Assembly (NCBI GenBank): GCA_963662945.1
Contig: OY759974.1
Location: 1,536,001-1,600,000 of the forward strand
Source of the DNA: Arcobacteraceae bacterium
GTDB taxonomy: Bacteria; Campylobacterota; Campylobacteria; Campylobacterales; Arcobacteraceae
Reading direction: 5' to 3'
DNA: 64,000 nt
The position numbers were made by a program, and so were the translations under genes. The notes beneath the pieces were generated by a model. The model was not told where the DNA came from. It ran no database searches and saw only the letters and a list, made by a program, of their open reading frames with translations. Shown one piece after another: positions 32,046 to 43,711 of the stretch (positions within the stretch are counted from its first letter, which is position 1; every line of letters starts with the position of its first letter).

Positions 32046-33008
32046 ATGGGAAAAATAATTACAATATTTTTTATAACTTTTAGTTTTACATTTGCTACAT
32101 CTATAGATATAGTTGAATTGTATAGAACACAAGGAATAAAGTCTGTTGAACAAGCTATCGAAAAGCAGTTACAAAACAAAGAATATTGGGATGAAAATCT
32201 TAAATATAAAGATACAACAAATGGATATTATGAATCAATTCGTTATGTTGTAATATGTCAAAAAGAGTTAAAAGATATAGTTTTATATGATACTCAAAAA
32301 AAAGAGAATTTATTCTCTTCAAGTGTATTTGTGGGAAAAGTAGATGGGGATAAAAAAGTTGAAGGTGATTTAAAAACTCCAATTGGTGCCTATGATTTAA
32401 CACAAAGACTTACTTCAGTAGATCCATTTTATGGACCATTGGCATTAACAACAAATTATCCAAATCTTTATGATAAAGTTAATGGAAAAACAGGTCACGG
32501 TATTTGGATACATGGACTTCCTCAAAATGAAGAAAGAGATGATTTTACACAAGGTTGTATTGCCCTAGATAATACAAAAATACAAAAATTAGATAACTCA
32601 ATAAATATAGAAAATTCTGTTTTGGTGATTAGTGAAAATAAATTACAAGAAGTTTCAAAAGAGGATATAAGTATTATACTATCAAGTGTTTTTCAATGGA
32701 GAGATGCTTGGAAATACAGTAATGTAGAAAAATACTTGTCGTTTTATGCAGAAGATTTTAGAAGAACGAATGGGCAAGATTTAGAAAAATTTACAATTTT
32801 CAAAAAAAGAATATTTAGTAAAAAAGAAGACAAAAAAATTATATTTTCAAATATTAATGTGATTCCATATCCAAATGATCAAAATAAAAAAATATTTAAA
32901 GTAACAATGAATGAATTTTATCAAACAGCTACATACAAGTTTGATGGTAAAAAAGAGTTATATGTAGAGATTAAAAATGGTGAATTTAAAATTTTGACAG
33001 AGAGCTAA
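32046..33008 (+). CDS. L,D-transpeptidase/carboxypeptidase (Csd6/Pgp2-like)
   Basis: EGDLKTPIG, YPN, GIWIHG, TQGC; C-terminal NTF2-like W..AW...Y..FY. Confidence 0.9.
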   Translation: MGKIITIFFITFSFTFATSIDIVELYRTQGIKSVEQAIEKQLQNKEYWDENLKYKDTTNGYYESIRYVVICQKELKDIVLYDTQKKENLFSSSVFVGKVDGDKKVEGDLKTPIGAYDLTQRLTSVDPFYGPLALTTNYPNLYDKVNGKTGHGIWIHGLPQNEERDDFTQGCIALDNTKIQKLDNSINIENSVLVISENKLQEVSKEDISIILSSVFQWRDAWKYSNVEKYLSFYAEDFRRTNGQDLEKFTIFKKRIFSKKEDKKIIFSNINVIPYPNDQNKKIFKVTMNEFYQTATYKFDGKKELYVEIKNGEFKILTES

Positions 33009-33086
33009 TAAAATACCTTAAACTTTTATACAAGAAAATTACAGTACAATCCCGATAATTTAGAAGAACACAATAGAGGATTTGAT

Positions 33087-34016
33087 ATGTTAGATTTAGC
33101 TATTATTGGTGGTGGACCTGCTGGTTTGACTGCTGGGCTTTATGCCACAAGAGGTGGTTTGAAAAATGTTACTATGTTTGAAAAAGGGCTACCAGGTGGT
33201 CAAATAACACAAAGTAGTGAGATAGAAAATTATCCAGGACAATTAGATGTAGTAACAGGTATGGAGCTTATGGATAAATGGCCAAGTCAATGTCAAAAAT
33301 TCGGTTTAAAACATGATATGAGTGAAGTAAAAAAAGTTACAAAAAATGGGGATATTTTTACTTTAACTTTAGGAAACGGTGATACAAAAGAAGCAAAAAC
33401 AGTTTTAATAGCAACAGGAAGTGTTCCAAAATCAGCAGGTATCAAAGGTGAAGCAGAGTTTTTTGGAAAAGGTGTGAGTACTTGTGCAACTTGTGATGGT
33501 TTCTTCTATAAAGGGAAAGATGTAGCTGTTTTAGGCGGAGGAGACACTGCTGTTGAAGAGGCAATATTTTTAGCTAATATTTGTAAAACAGTGTATATAA
33601 TTCATAGACGAGATGAGTTTAGAGCAAGTCCACATGAAGTTGAAAAAATGAAAAAATTTGATAATATTATTCAAGTTCTAAATCACACAACAGAAGAGAT
33701 AGTTGGTGATAAAATGGGTGTTACAGGAATTATTGTAAAAGATAAAAATAGTTCTGAAGTTAAAACACTTGATGTTCATGGTGTATTTGTATTTGTTGGA
33801 AGAAATGTTTTAAATCAAACATTAATTCAAGAAGATGGTAGTTTTTTATGTGATGTAAATGAAGCTGGAGAAGTTATTGTAAATTTAAAAATGGAAACTT
33901 CTGTTCCAGGACTTTTTGCAGCAGGTGATATTAGAATTGATGCTCCAAAACAAGTAGTTTGTGCAGCTGGAGACGGAGCAGTTGCAGGTATTGGTGCAAT
34001 TGGATATTTGCAATAA
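33087..34016 (+). CDS. trxB: Thioredoxin reductase
   Basis: GGGPAG, CATCDG, GGGDTA, HRRD, AAGD. Confidence 0.97.
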   Translation: MLDLAIIGGGPAGLTAGLYATRGGLKNVTMFEKGLPGGQITQSSEIENYPGQLDVVTGMELMDKWPSQCQKFGLKHDMSEVKKVTKNGDIFTLTLGNGDTKEAKTVLIATGSVPKSAGIKGEAEFFGKGVSTCATCDGFFYKGKDVAVLGGGDTAVEEAIFLANICKTVYIIHRRDEFRASPHEVEKMKKFDNIIQVLNHTTEEIVGDKMGVTGIIVKDKNSSEVKTLDVHGVFVFVGRNVLNQTLIQEDGSFLCDVNEAGEVIVNLKMETSVPGLFAAGDIRIDAPKQVVCAAGDGAVAGIGAIGYLQ

Positions 34017-34032
34017 TTAAAGAGGAAAAATA

Positions 34033-34806
34033 ATGTTAAAAGTAGGAATTTTAGGAAGTACAGGTAGAGTTGGTTCTTTATTGATAGATGATTTAGAAAA
34101 TGATGCAAATGCATGTGTTGGAAGTGTGCATGTATTTGATGAGTTGAAAAAAACTTTGCCAAAAGATACCGTTGTAACAAATGATATGAAAGCTATGCTT
34201 GAAGCTTGTGATGTTGCAATAGATTTTTCAGCTCCAAGTGCTACAGAGGAACTTTTAAATACAGTTATTCAAATTGGTGGGAATAAGCCTCTAGTTATAG
34301 CAACTACAGGTTTTAATGAACATCAAAAAAACCTTTTAATAGAAGCTTCAAAAGTTACACCTATTCTATATGCTACAAATATGAGTTTAGGTGTTGCTGT
34401 TTTAAATAAACTTGTTGCACTTGCTTCTAAAACTTTAGAAGATTTTGATTGTGAAATAGTTGAACAACATCATAGGTATAAAGTAGATTCTCCAAGTGGT
34501 ACAGCACTAACTTTAGCAGAACATGCGGCTGAAGCTAGAGGATTAGATTTAGATGCTGTAAGAGTTTCTGGAAGAGATGGTGTAATAGGCGCTAGAACAA
34601 AAGATGAAATCGGGGTCATGAGTTTAAGAGGTGGAGATATTGTTGGTCGACATACAGCTGGATTTTATAATGATGGTGAATTTATCGAGTTAAATCATAC
34701 TGCAACAGCAAGAAACACTTTTAGTAAAGGTGCAATTAGAGCAGCTAAATGGTTAATAAATCAAGAAAAAGGACTATACAGTATTAATGACTGTTTAGGA
34801 TTATAG
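34033..34806 (+). CDS. dapB: 4-hydroxy-tetrahydrodipicolinate reductase
   Basis: IDFS, ATTG, NMSLG, EQHHRYKVDSPSGTA, RGGDIVG.H. Confidence 0.97.
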   Translation: MLKVGILGSTGRVGSLLIDDLENDANACVGSVHVFDELKKTLPKDTVVTNDMKAMLEACDVAIDFSAPSATEELLNTVIQIGGNKPLVIATTGFNEHQKNLLIEASKVTPILYATNMSLGVAVLNKLVALASKTLEDFDCEIVEQHHRYKVDSPSGTALTLAEHAAEARGLDLDAVRVSGRDGVIGARTKDEIGVMSLRGGDIVGRHTAGFYNDGEFIELNHTATARNTFSKGAIRAAKWLINQEKGLYSINDCLGL

Positions 34807-34815
34807 GAAAATAAT

Positions 34816-36171
34816 ATGTGTGCTATAGTTGGAATATACGGAAATGATAACGCAGCTAAATTAGCTTCAGCAGCTCTTTTTGCAATGCAACATAGAGGGC
34901 ATGAAGCAACTGGAATTAGCAGTGGTGGATATAGTGATAAAAAAATCTACACTATCAAAAAAAGAGGTTATGTTAGAGATGTATATGATGCAGAAGCTTT
35001 TGAAGTTTTAAAAGGTGATATGGCTATAGGTCATAATCGATATTCAACAGCTGGTAGTGACAGTGTATTTGATGCACAACCAATTCATGCTAGATATAAA
35101 TTAGGTGAAATCTCTATAGTACACAATGGTAACCTTGTAAATAAACAAGAAGTAAGGCAAAGACTTATTGATGAAGGTTCTATTTTTCAAACAGGTATGG
35201 ATACAGAAAATCTTATTCATCTTATTGCTAAATCAACAAGGGATAGATTAAGAGACAGAATTACAGATGCATTAGAACATGTAAAAGGTGCATACAATTT
35301 TATTATTCAAAGTAGAAGTAAACTTTTTGTTATAAGAGATAAACATGGGATTCGACCATTGAGTTTAGGAAAACTTAAAAGTGGTGGTTGGATTGTTGCT
35401 AGTGAAACTTGTGCATTTGATTTAGTTGATGCTGAGTTTGTTAGAGATGTAAAACCAGGAGAGATGTTGATATTCTCTGAAGGTTATAAAGCTCCTGAGT
35501 CTATTCAATTGTTCACAGGTTTTGAATTTAGACCTTGTGCCTTTGAATATATCTATTTTGCAAGACCAGATAGTGTTATTGATGGAAAAAGTGTATATAG
35601 AACACGAGAAAATATGGGTAAAGAATTAGCTAAAAATGATTCAAATAGTCCAATAAAAGCTGATATGGTAATCCCAGTACCTGATAGTGGTGTACCTGCA
35701 GCACTTGGATATGCACAACAAAGTAGATTGCCTTTTGAACTTGGAATTATAAGAAATCATTATGTTGGAAGAACTTTTATTGAGCCAACACAAGAGATGA
35801 GAAATTTAAAAGTAAAAATGAAATTAAATCCAATGAAGGCTTTAATTCAAGGAAAATCTTTAATAGTTATTGATGATTCTATTGTAAGAGGTACTACAAG
35901 TAAAAGAATAGTACAAATGTTAAAAGAAGCAGGGGCAGCCGAAGTACATTTTAGAGTTGCAAGTCCAATGATTCAACATCCTTGTTTTTACGGAATAGAT
36001 ACACCTACAAAAGAGGAACTTATTAACGCTGTAATGTCAAAAGATGAAGTTTGTAAATATATAGGTGCAGATTCATTAGAATATCTTACAATTGATAATT
36101 TAAAAGATTCATTAGGAAGAGATAGAAATTATTCATTAGTAAGTTTTGATGGCGATTATTTCGTAGTTTAA
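34816..36171 (+). CDS. purF: Amidophosphoribosyltransferase
   Basis: N-terminal MC, QHRG, GHNRYST, YFARPDS, DDSIVRGTT. Confidence 0.98.
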   Translation: MCAIVGIYGNDNAAKLASAALFAMQHRGHEATGISSGGYSDKKIYTIKKRGYVRDVYDAEAFEVLKGDMAIGHNRYSTAGSDSVFDAQPIHARYKLGEISIVHNGNLVNKQEVRQRLIDEGSIFQTGMDTENLIHLIAKSTRDRLRDRITDALEHVKGAYNFIIQSRSKLFVIRDKHGIRPLSLGKLKSGGWIVASETCAFDLVDAEFVRDVKPGEMLIFSEGYKAPESIQLFTGFEFRPCAFEYIYFARPDSVIDGKSVYRTRENMGKELAKNDSNSPIKADMVIPVPDSGVPAALGYAQQSRLPFELGIIRNHYVGRTFIEPTQEMRNLKVKMKLNPMKALIQGKSLIVIDDSIVRGTTSKRIVQMLKEAGAAEVHFRVASPMIQHPCFYGIDTPTKEELINAVMSKDEVCKYIGADSLEYLTIDNLKDSLGRDRNYSLVSFDGDYFVV

Positions 36172-36194
36172 AATTAGGAAATATAAGTAAAGTT

Positions 36195-37145
36195 TTGAAA
36201 CATTTAAACACAATTGGTCGATACTGGCGAAAAAAGTATTCACAAAAGGTTTATAAAGTACCTATTAGTATATCTGGATTTACTTGTCCAAATATAGATG
36301 GTACAGTAGCAAAAGGTGGTTGTACCTTTTGTGAAAATGAATCTTTCTCCCCAAATTTGGTTGACAAATCAAAATTTAAATTAAATTTGCAGTCAAAAGA
36401 AAATCCATATTTAGAAAAACAGCTTTTACAACTTCAAATGCAGTTTGATGCTACAAAAGAAAGATTAGAAAATAAATATGATGCTAAAAAGTTTATAGTA
36501 TATTTCCAATCGTTTACAAATACATATGCACCGTTAGATACTTTAAAAGCTCTTTACGAGAAGGCTTTAAGCTTTGAAAATGTAGTTGGACTAAGTATAG
36601 GAACAAGAACAGATAGTATTACTGAAGAAACTTTAGATTATCTCCAGAAATTATCACAACATAATGAAATTTGGGTAGAGTATGGGATACAATCAATTTA
36701 TGATGAAACCTTAGAAAAAATAAATAGAGGACACACTTTTGCCAATATCAAAGAGTGGATTATAAAAACAAAAGAGAGAAATCTGAATGTTTGTGGTCAT
36801 ATGATATTTGGATTGCCTAATGAAACACAAGAGATGATGCTTAAAGGTGTAGAAGAATCTATAAAGTTAGGTATTGATTCTATTAAATTCCATCCACTTT
36901 ATGTGACTAAAAATACACTTCTAGCAAATGAGTATAAATTAGGTGAATTTACCCCTATAAGCGAAAAACTTTATATTGACACACTAGTAAAATCGATAAA
37001 AATGTTACCAGAACATATTTCAGTCTCAAGAGTAACTGCTGGGATTAGTGATAGTAGTTTACTTGACCCTTCTTGGTGTAATAATAAACATGCACAAATA
37101 TACAAAATAAAACAAGCTTTGTTAAAAGAAGGATTAATATACTAA
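36195..37145 (+). CDS. TIGR01212/YhcC-family radical SAM protein (TTG start)
   Basis: CPNIDGTVAKGGCTFC, YFQSFTNT, GTR.D, INRGH. Confidence 0.92.
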   Translation: MKHLNTIGRYWRKKYSQKVYKVPISISGFTCPNIDGTVAKGGCTFCENESFSPNLVDKSKFKLNLQSKENPYLEKQLLQLQMQFDATKERLENKYDAKKFIVYFQSFTNTYAPLDTLKALYEKALSFENVVGLSIGTRTDSITEETLDYLQKLSQHNEIWVEYGIQSIYDETLEKINRGHTFANIKEWIIKTKERNLNVCGHMIFGLPNETQEMMLKGVEESIKLGIDSIKFHPLYVTKNTLLANEYKLGEFTPISEKLYIDTLVKSIKMLPEHISVSRVTAGISDSSLLDPSWCNNKHAQIYKIKQALLKEGLIY

Positions 37146-37795
37146 TGGAAAAATCTTTACGATATGCAAGATGTGAAAAATTATTTGGTGATGATTTTAC
37201 CAAATTGCAAAATGCAAAAGTTATTATTTTAGGAGTTGGTGGAGTTGGTGGATTTGCCTTAGATTGTCTATATAGAACAGGTATAACAAATATCACAATT
37301 GTAGATTATGATACTTTTGATGAAACAAATCAAAATAGACAAATTGGAAGTGATGCAGTTGGAAGTGTTAAAGTTGAACATTTAAAAACTTTATATCCAA
37401 ATGTTGAAGCAATAAATCAAAAAATAGATTTAGAATGGATAGAAAATTTTGATTTTGATAAATATGATTTAATTCTTGATGCAATTGATGATATTAAACC
37501 AAAAGTAGAGCTTATTAAGAGGTATTATAAAAAACTTATTTCTACAACAGGAAGTGCTAAAAGACTTGATCCAACAAAAATAGAATATGTGAATATTTTT
37601 AAGACTTTCAATGATCCATTCGCTAAAAAAATTAGAGATGAACTTAAAAAAGCTAAGTTCGATAAAAACTTTAAAGTTGTCTTTAGTAGTGAAAATCCAA
37701 ATTGTAAAGATTTAGGAAGTTTTGTGGGAGTTACAGGTTCTTTTGGACTTACAATGTGTAGTATAACAATTAAAAAACTATTAAGTGAAATATAG
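37145..37795 (+). CDS. tcdA: tRNA threonylcarbamoyladenosine dehydratase (ThiF/E1 family)
   Basis: GVGGVG, TNQNRQ, DAID, DPFAKKIR, VFSSE, GSF..VT..FG. Confidence 0.88.
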   Translation: MEKSLRYARCEKLFGDDFTKLQNAKVIILGVGGVGGFALDCLYRTGITNITIVDYDTFDETNQNRQIGSDAVGSVKVEHLKTLYPNVEAINQKIDLEWIENFDFDKYDLILDAIDDIKPKVELIKRYYKKLISTTGSAKRLDPTKIEYVNIFKTFNDPFAKKIRDELKKAKFDKNFKVVFSSENPNCKDLGSFVGVTGSFGLTMCSITIKKLLSEI

Positions 37796-37840
37796 ATAGA
37801 ATTTAAGAAATTTATGATATTAAATTAAAAAGGAATTTAC

Positions 37841-38755
37841 ATGAGCGGAATTAGTAATAGTGTAGAGCAATTAACACAAGCTCATCTTCGAAATGTTCAG
37901 CAATTAGCTGTATTTCGAACAGGAAATAATGATATTTATGCTATTAATATAGCGAAAATTAAAGCTTTTATAATTACTGAAGAGGTAGATGTAACAGATA
38001 CACCAAAAGAAACAGATGTAATCGAAGGTATTGCTACAATTAGAGGGGAACCAGTTACTTTAGTAAACCTTGACAGATGGCTTGGTTATTCAAAATTACC
38101 GCTTAAAGATTATAAACTTATTATATTTTGTGAATTCAATCATAAACAAGTAGGGTTTTTAGTAAAAGATATGGTTAATATTGTTGAGAAAACAACTGCT
38201 GAATTAAAAAACTCAGAAGACCAAAATTCTAAAGTAACTTATACAACTTATGTAGAAGTTGAAGGAAAAGAAAGACTTTGTACAGTATTTAATGCGGAGC
38301 AACTTTTAAGTGATATTGGTTGGACAGATATCAATGCTAGTGACTTAGATAGATATATAACAAAACCTGTAAAAGCGGATAAAAAAATCTTAGTTGCAGA
38401 AGATAGTGCAGTTGCAAGAGAAGTAATCAATCAATTTTTACGAAAAGCAAGAGCAAATTATGATATCTTACATAATGGTGGAGATCTTTTAGCCGCGGTT
38501 AGAAGTATGGATCCAAAAGATATTGGATTAATAATTACAGATATTGAAATGCCAGGAACTGATGGATATCAAGTAGCACAAGCTATAAAAGATAATTCAG
38601 CTTTAAGTCATGTTCCAGTTGTAGTAAATTCAAGTATGACAACAGAAGCAGTAAAAGGTAAAATGGAAAGAATAGGTATCGATGCTTTTGTTGGAAAAAC
38701 AGATATTCCAGCTTTATATGATGTAGTAGTTAAATACCTGGGGTATGCACAATAA
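37841..38755 (+). CDS. cheV: Chemotaxis coupling protein CheV
   Basis: CheW domain (YAINIAKI, IRG.P) plus receiver (AEDS, ITDIEMP, NSS). Confidence 0.95.
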   Translation: MSGISNSVEQLTQAHLRNVQQLAVFRTGNNDIYAINIAKIKAFIITEEVDVTDTPKETDVIEGIATIRGEPVTLVNLDRWLGYSKLPLKDYKLIIFCEFNHKQVGFLVKDMVNIVEKTTAELKNSEDQNSKVTYTTYVEVEGKERLCTVFNAEQLLSDIGWTDINASDLDRYITKPVKADKKILVAEDSAVAREVINQFLRKARANYDILHNGGDLLAAVRSMDPKDIGLIITDIEMPGTDGYQVAQAIKDNSALSHVPVVVNSSMTTEAVKGKMERIGIDAFVGKTDIPALYDVVVKYLGYAQ

Positions 38756-40283
38756 AATCATTTTTAGTATATAAAACAATTTGAATTTTTGATTTATATA
38801 TACTTAGGTGGCCAGAAGTTATGGTAATATTTGTACCATCTTCTGGCCTTTTTAATTCTTTGTGAAAATAGAGTTTTATTTTTTCTTCCTTTAATCCTTT
38901 TTGAAAATAAAGGAAACCTTTTTTATAAGTTCCAGTAAGATTAGTAATAATATTATTGAGATTTGTTTCTTCATTAAAATTTACATTTGTGGCATTTAAA
39001 TAATAGTTAGAATAGTTATTGATATATTTTATTTTTTGAATGTTTGATACTTTTTTAATCTCTTTTAAACCATTATATAAGTCTATACTATCTACAGTTA
39101 TGTTGTAACTAAAACCTAGTTTTATGTTTTCAGGAGGATTAAAAATCATAATTGCTCTATCATTTTCTTTTTTTATAATTGCTATATTTTTAGATTTGTA
39201 AATCACAATTACATTTTGAAGTTGATAGTTAGAAATTGTCTGTATATCATAAAGATGTTGTATGGTATTTATCTTAGGAGATTTATTGTGTAGGATAAAA
39301 TTTTGTTTATCCGTAGAAAAGATTGCATATATTGGGAGATGATCAGAGTAACCAATGTGTTTAAAGTTATTCCATCGCATAATTTTTTTATTATTGATGA
39401 GGTAATCTTTTTTGAATACATTAAAACTATTTTGCACATAAGAGATACCCTTTTGATCAAATAATCCTTTAGAGATGATAATATTATCAGGAGTATTTTT
39501 TTCTCCTTTGAAAAGTGTACTAAATTTTTCATCATTTAATTCTAGCCATAAATTGTAGTGTATTTTTTTATCTAAAGAAAGCATATCTTCAATACGAATA
39601 AAGTTTTCTCCTTCTGTTGTATTAAGAATTTGATTTATCCCTGTTATTCCAAAACTATCATTGAGTTTTTTATCATATTTAAAAGTTTGAAACTCATTAT
39701 AATTGGAATTTAAATCACCTAAAATAATATAATCTTCACTTTTACTCAAAGTATCAATCTCATTTTTTAAAGCCATTGCATAAACAATTCTTTTACTTTC
39801 TGGAGCTTTCTTTGAACGCCAATGATTAACATATAAGATTAAATTTTTATTCTCTATAGATATAGTTGCTTTTAAGATATATCGTGCATATTTATCATAA
39901 TTATCCACTTCTATTGTTTTTATATCAATAATAGGATGGATACTTAAAAGTCCTACTCCTACAGAAGAAGTTGTTTTTTTTACAAACGTGTGATATTTAT
40001 ATTGAGGTACTTGTTGTAATAAATAGTTAAGTGCCTCTTGAGATTCTATTTCCTGCAAGGCAATAATCTCTGCATTGAGATCATTGAGGACTTTTGTAAT
40101 ATTTCTTATTTTATTTTGAAAAGATTTTTTATTCCAAGTTTTTGTATTAGGTTTATATTCGTTATATTCAGTCCCATCATATTTTAAATCAAAAAGATTC
40201 TCTACATTATATGATGCAACTTTGAAGTCACGGGCATCAAGATAAAATGAAAATACAAATATAAAAATATATAAGATTTTCAT
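38730..40283 (-). CDS. Exported endonuclease/exonuclease/phosphatase-family protein
   Basis: Signal peptide; YNVENLFD, LQEIE, NHW, GDLN, SDHLP; extra C-terminal domain. Confidence 0.9.
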   Translation of the reverse strand: MKILYIFIFVFSFYLDARDFKVASYNVENLFDLKYDGTEYNEYKPNTKTWNKKSFQNKIRNITKVLNDLNAEIIALQEIESQEALNYLLQQVPQYKYHTFVKKTTSSVGVGLLSIHPIIDIKTIEVDNYDKYARYILKATISIENKNLILYVNHWRSKKAPESKRIVYAMALKNEIDTLSKSEDYIILGDLNSNYNEFQTFKYDKKLNDSFGITGINQILNTTEGENFIRIEDMLSLDKKIHYNLWLELNDEKFSTLFKGEKNTPDNIIISKGLFDQKGISYVQNSFNVFKKDYLINNKKIMRWNNFKHIGYSDHLPIYAIFSTDKQNFILHNKSPKINTIQHLYDIQTISNYQLQNVIVIYKSKNIAIIKKENDRAIMIFNPPENIKLGFSYNITVDSIDLYNGLKEIKKVSNIQKIKYINNYSNYYLNATNVNFNEETNLNNIITNLTGTYKKGFLYFQKGLKEEKIKLYFHKELKRPEDGTNITITSGHLSIYKSKIQIVLYTKNDFIVHTPGI

Positions 40284-40296
40284 TTTATTAAAGTTT

Positions 40297-42852
40297 TTAG
40301 ATATTGCTTTTTAAGTATTCTAAAGCTTTCTCTTTAGCTTCTTGTATCTTTGATGGATCTTTTCCACCTGCTTGTGCGAAGTCTGGTCTTCCACCACCTC
40401 CACCACCAACGATTGGAGCAATTGTTTTTATCCAATCACCAGCTTTAATTGAGGCATTTTTAACACCAGCAACTAATAATACTTTTCCATCTTTTTCTTG
40501 AAGTAATAAAGTAGCAACTTTTTCATTACCATTTTTCATATCATCAACAAGTTTTTTTAAATCACCTTGCGGAACAATGTCAACAACAACTTTTACTCCA
40601 TTGATTTCTAATTCATTTAATGGTGTTGCAACATTTTCATGAACTGCTTTAATTTCATTTTTAAGTTGTTTAATTTGCTCTTTTAGTTTTGTAATACCTT
40701 GAATAATATCTTTGTTTTTTACTTCATTTTCAACTTCAGAGATTTTTTTCAAAGCTTCTTTTGCATAGTTTATAGCAGCTAGTCCAACAACAGCTTCAAT
40801 CCTTCTTACTCCAGCGCTTACGCCACTTTCTTTTACAATATAAAAGCTTCCTATATCTGCTGTGTTTTGAACATGTGTTCCCCCACAAAATTCAACACTT
40901 ACATCACCAAATTCAACAACTCTTACCATATCACCATATTTTTCACCAAACATAGCGATGGCACCTTTATTTTTAGCTTCTTCGATAGGTAATTCTTCAA
41001 CACTTCCAGCTAATCCTCTTGCAATCATAGAGTTTACTAAATCTTCAACTTCATCTAATTGCTCTTGTGTCATTGCTTTTGCGTAAGTAAAGTCAAATCG
41101 TAGTCTTTTATCATCATTTAAACTACCTGCTTGAGATACTGTATCTCCAAGAACCATTTTTAAAGCACTTTGAAGTAAATGTGTTGCACTGTGATGTTTA
41201 GCAACTTCCCCTCTATTTACAACAACCGCTGATACAGTTTCTCCCACTTTTAAAGAAGAACTCTCAACTTTTACTTTAGAGATATTAAGTCCATGAAGTT
41301 TTTTAGTTTCACTGATAATTGCAATATGTTGATCATTTTCTAAAGCACCAACATCACCTTCTTGCCCACCACTTGTAGCATAAAATGGTGTTTTGTCTAA
41401 TACTACCCAACCAGTTTGTTTTTCTGTTAAAGTCTCCACTTGCTTAAAGTCTTCACTTAAAAGTGCTACGATAGTACTAGTTGAACGGATATGGTCATAA
41501 CCTATAAATGTATTGATGCCAATTTTGTCTAGTAACTCTTTGAAGTCTCCTTCATTAAGTTCATCACCACTCCCTTTCCATGCAGCTTTTGCTTTTGTTT
41601 TTTGCTCATCCATACAAGCTTCAAAAGTGTCGATATCTACTTTTAAACCTTTGTCTTTGAGCATATCTTCTGTTAAGTCAAGTGGAAAGCCATGTGTATC
41701 ATAAAGTGTAAATGCAACTGCACCACTAAAAATTTCTTTTGTATTTTCTAATTCAGCATTAAAAAGTTCCATTCCACTGGTAATTGTTTTGAAAAATCTT
41801 TCTTCTTCTAATTGAATTTGTTCTTTAATATATAGTTTTTTTTCTATTAAATCAGGATAAGCTTCTCCCATCATATTACAAAGAGTATCTATAAGTTTAC
41901 CCATAAAAGCTTCTCTAAATCCAAGAAGATATCCATGTCTTACAGCCCGTCTTAAAATTCTTCTTAAAACATATCCTCTACCAACTTTATCAAAAAGTAT
42001 CCCTTGTGAAAGCATAAACGCAACAGTTCTAACATGATCAGCAATAACTCTAAAACTACCTATATTTTCATTTGTACATTCAGTAGGACTTAGAGATTTT
42101 AATTGTTCAATAAGTGGAGCAAAAGCACTACTATCAAAGTTATTAAATACACCTTCTTTAATGGCAATAACTCTTTCAAGTCCCATCCCTGTATCAATAG
42201 ATGGTTTTGGAAGAGGAGTCAATGTTCCATCAGCACTTCTATCGTATTGCATAAATACAAGATTCCAGATTTCTAAAAACCTATCACCATCTCCACCCAT
42301 TTTATCTTCAGGGCTATTAAATTTCTCTGCACCTTGATCATAAAAAATTTCACTACAAGGACCACATGCACCTGTATCACCCATAGACCAGAAGTTGTCT
42401 TTATCTCCAAATCTCATGATTCTATCTTGTGCTATATGTTTTGTCCAAAGTTCAAATGCTTCATCGTCATTGTCATGAACTGTTACCCAAAGTTTTTCAA
42501 CTGGAAGTTCAAGATTTTTAGTGATAAATTCCCATGCATGTGCTATAGCATCCTCTTTAAAATAATCACCAAAACTAAAGTTACCCAACATCTCAAAAAG
42601 AGTATGATGCCGTGCTGTATATCCTACATTTTCCAAGTCATTATGTTTTCCCCCAGCTCTTACACAAAGTTGACAACTTGTTGCCCTTGGTATTTGTGGA
42701 GTTGGGATTGCACCTGTAAATATATCCTTAAATTGAACCATTCCTGCATTTGTAAATAATAATGTTGCATCATCTGGAACAAGGGGTGCACTTGGTATAA
42801 TTTCATGCCCTTTTGAGGCAAAAAAATCTAAAAACTCTTTTCTTATATTCAT
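40297..42852 (-). CDS. alaS: Alanine--tRNA ligase
   Basis: [43 protein letters not shown]. Confidence 0.99.
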   Translation of the reverse strand: MNIRKEFLDFFASKGHEIIPSAPLVPDDATLLFTNAGMVQFKDIFTGAIPTPQIPRATSCQLCVRAGGKHNDLENVGYTARHHTLFEMLGNFSFGDYFKEDAIAHAWEFITKNLELPVEKLWVTVHDNDDEAFELWTKHIAQDRIMRFGDKDNFWSMGDTGACGPCSEIFYDQGAEKFNSPEDKMGGDGDRFLEIWNLVFMQYDRSADGTLTPLPKPSIDTGMGLERVIAIKEGVFNNFDSSAFAPLIEQLKSLSPTECTNENIGSFRVIADHVRTVAFMLSQGILFDKVGRGYVLRRILRRAVRHGYLLGFREAFMGKLIDTLCNMMGEAYPDLIEKKLYIKEQIQLEEERFFKTITSGMELFNAELENTKEIFSGAVAFTLYDTHGFPLDLTEDMLKDKGLKVDIDTFEACMDEQKTKAKAAWKGSGDELNEGDFKELLDKIGINTFIGYDHIRSTSTIVALLSEDFKQVETLTEKQTGWVVLDKTPFYATSGGQEGDVGALENDQHIAIISETKKLHGLNISKVKVESSSLKVGETVSAVVVNRGEVAKHHSATHLLQSALKMVLGDTVSQAGSLNDDKRLRFDFTYAKAMTQEQLDEVEDLVNSMIARGLAGSVEELPIEEAKNKGAIAMFGEKYGDMVRVVEFGDVSVEFCGGTHVQNTADIGSFYIVKESGVSAGVRRIEAVVGLAAINYAKEALKKISEVENEVKNKDIIQGITKLKEQIKQLKNEIKAVHENVATPLNELEINGVKVVVDIVPQGDLKKLVDDMKNGNEKVATLLLQEKDGKVLLVAGVKNASIKAGDWIKTIAPIVGGGGGGRPDFAQAGGKDPSKIQEAKEKALEYLKSNI

Positions 42853-42981
42853 TCTATTTTATCCGTTTTTTTATTTGAACAAATATTTTACCCAAAATAT
42901 CATTTATAGTTTGTTATAAAAAGTTTATTTAAAGAAAAAGATTGTACAATTTTCCAATAAAACAATACAAAGGAATAATAA

Positions 42982-43299
42982 ATGGGTAAATATATTGAAT
43001 TAACAAACGACAACTTTGAAGCAACAACATCAACAGGTGTTGCACTAGTAGATTTCTGGGCTCCATGGTGTGGACCTTGTAGAATGATATCTCCTGTTAT
43101 TGAAGAATTAGCAGAAGAATTTGAAGGTAAAGCTGCAATTTGTAAAGTAAATACAGATGAGCAACAAGAGCTAAGTACAAAATTTGGTGTTAGATCAATC
43201 CCTACAATAGTATTCATGAAAGATGGTGAAGTTGTTGATACTATGGTTGGTGCAGCTTCAAAACAAGCATTCACTGACAAATTAAATAGTTTATTATAA
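42982..43299 (+). CDS. trxA: Thioredoxin
   Basis: DFWAPWCGPC, SIPT. Confidence 0.97.
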   Translation: MGKYIELTNDNFEATTSTGVALVDFWAPWCGPCRMISPVIEELAEEFEGKAAICKVNTDEQQELSTKFGVRSIPTIVFMKDGEVVDTMVGAASKQAFTDKLNSLL

Positions 43300-43317
43300 T
43301 TTTATAATTTTTCAAAC

Positions 43318-43359
43318 AAAAAAGGGATTTTAGAGTATAACTCTAAAGTCCCTTTTTTT
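43318..43359 (+). terminator. Intrinsic terminator of trxA
   Basis: AAAGGGATTTTAGAGT-ATA-ACTCTAAAGTCCCTTT followed by a T run. Confidence 0.9.
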
Positions 43360-43381
43360 ATAACTTTTATAAAGGATATTT

Positions 43382-43702
43382 ATGTTTACAATGGGTGCAA
43401 AACTTGAAGGTGATAGTTGGGAGACAAGTAGATTAAAAGATCCTAAAAAACTCACTGAAAAAATAGAAAAAAATCAACATCAACTTGTGTTTACGTTTGA
43501 AAAAAGAAAAGGAAAACCTGTAACCCTCGTAGGTAGATTTTTTATGAGTGATAAAGAGAAAAAAGAGATTTTAAAACTTCTCAAAACAAAACTGGGATCT
43601 GGTGGAACTATCAAAGATGAATGGATAGAGATACAAGGTGATAAAAAAGAGAAAATCATAGAAGTACTTGAAGCTGATGGTTGGAAATTTAGAAAAAAAT
43701 AA
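43382..43702 (+). CDS. SUI1/YciH-family translation initiation factor
   Basis: RKGKPVT, LK.KLGSGGT, IEIQGD. Confidence 0.92.
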   Translation: MFTMGAKLEGDSWETSRLKDPKKLTEKIEKNQHQLVFTFEKRKGKPVTLVGRFFMSDKEKKEILKLLKTKLGSGGTIKDEWIEIQGDKKEKIIEVLEADGWKFRKK

Positions 43703-43711
43703 GGATTTGTT

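Noticed and set aside
42334-43280. Antisense ORFs 42334-42759 and 42900-43280, and the other short ORFs nested opposite known genes
   Set aside because: They are shadows of alaS, trxA and other real genes, with no SD or recognisable motifs
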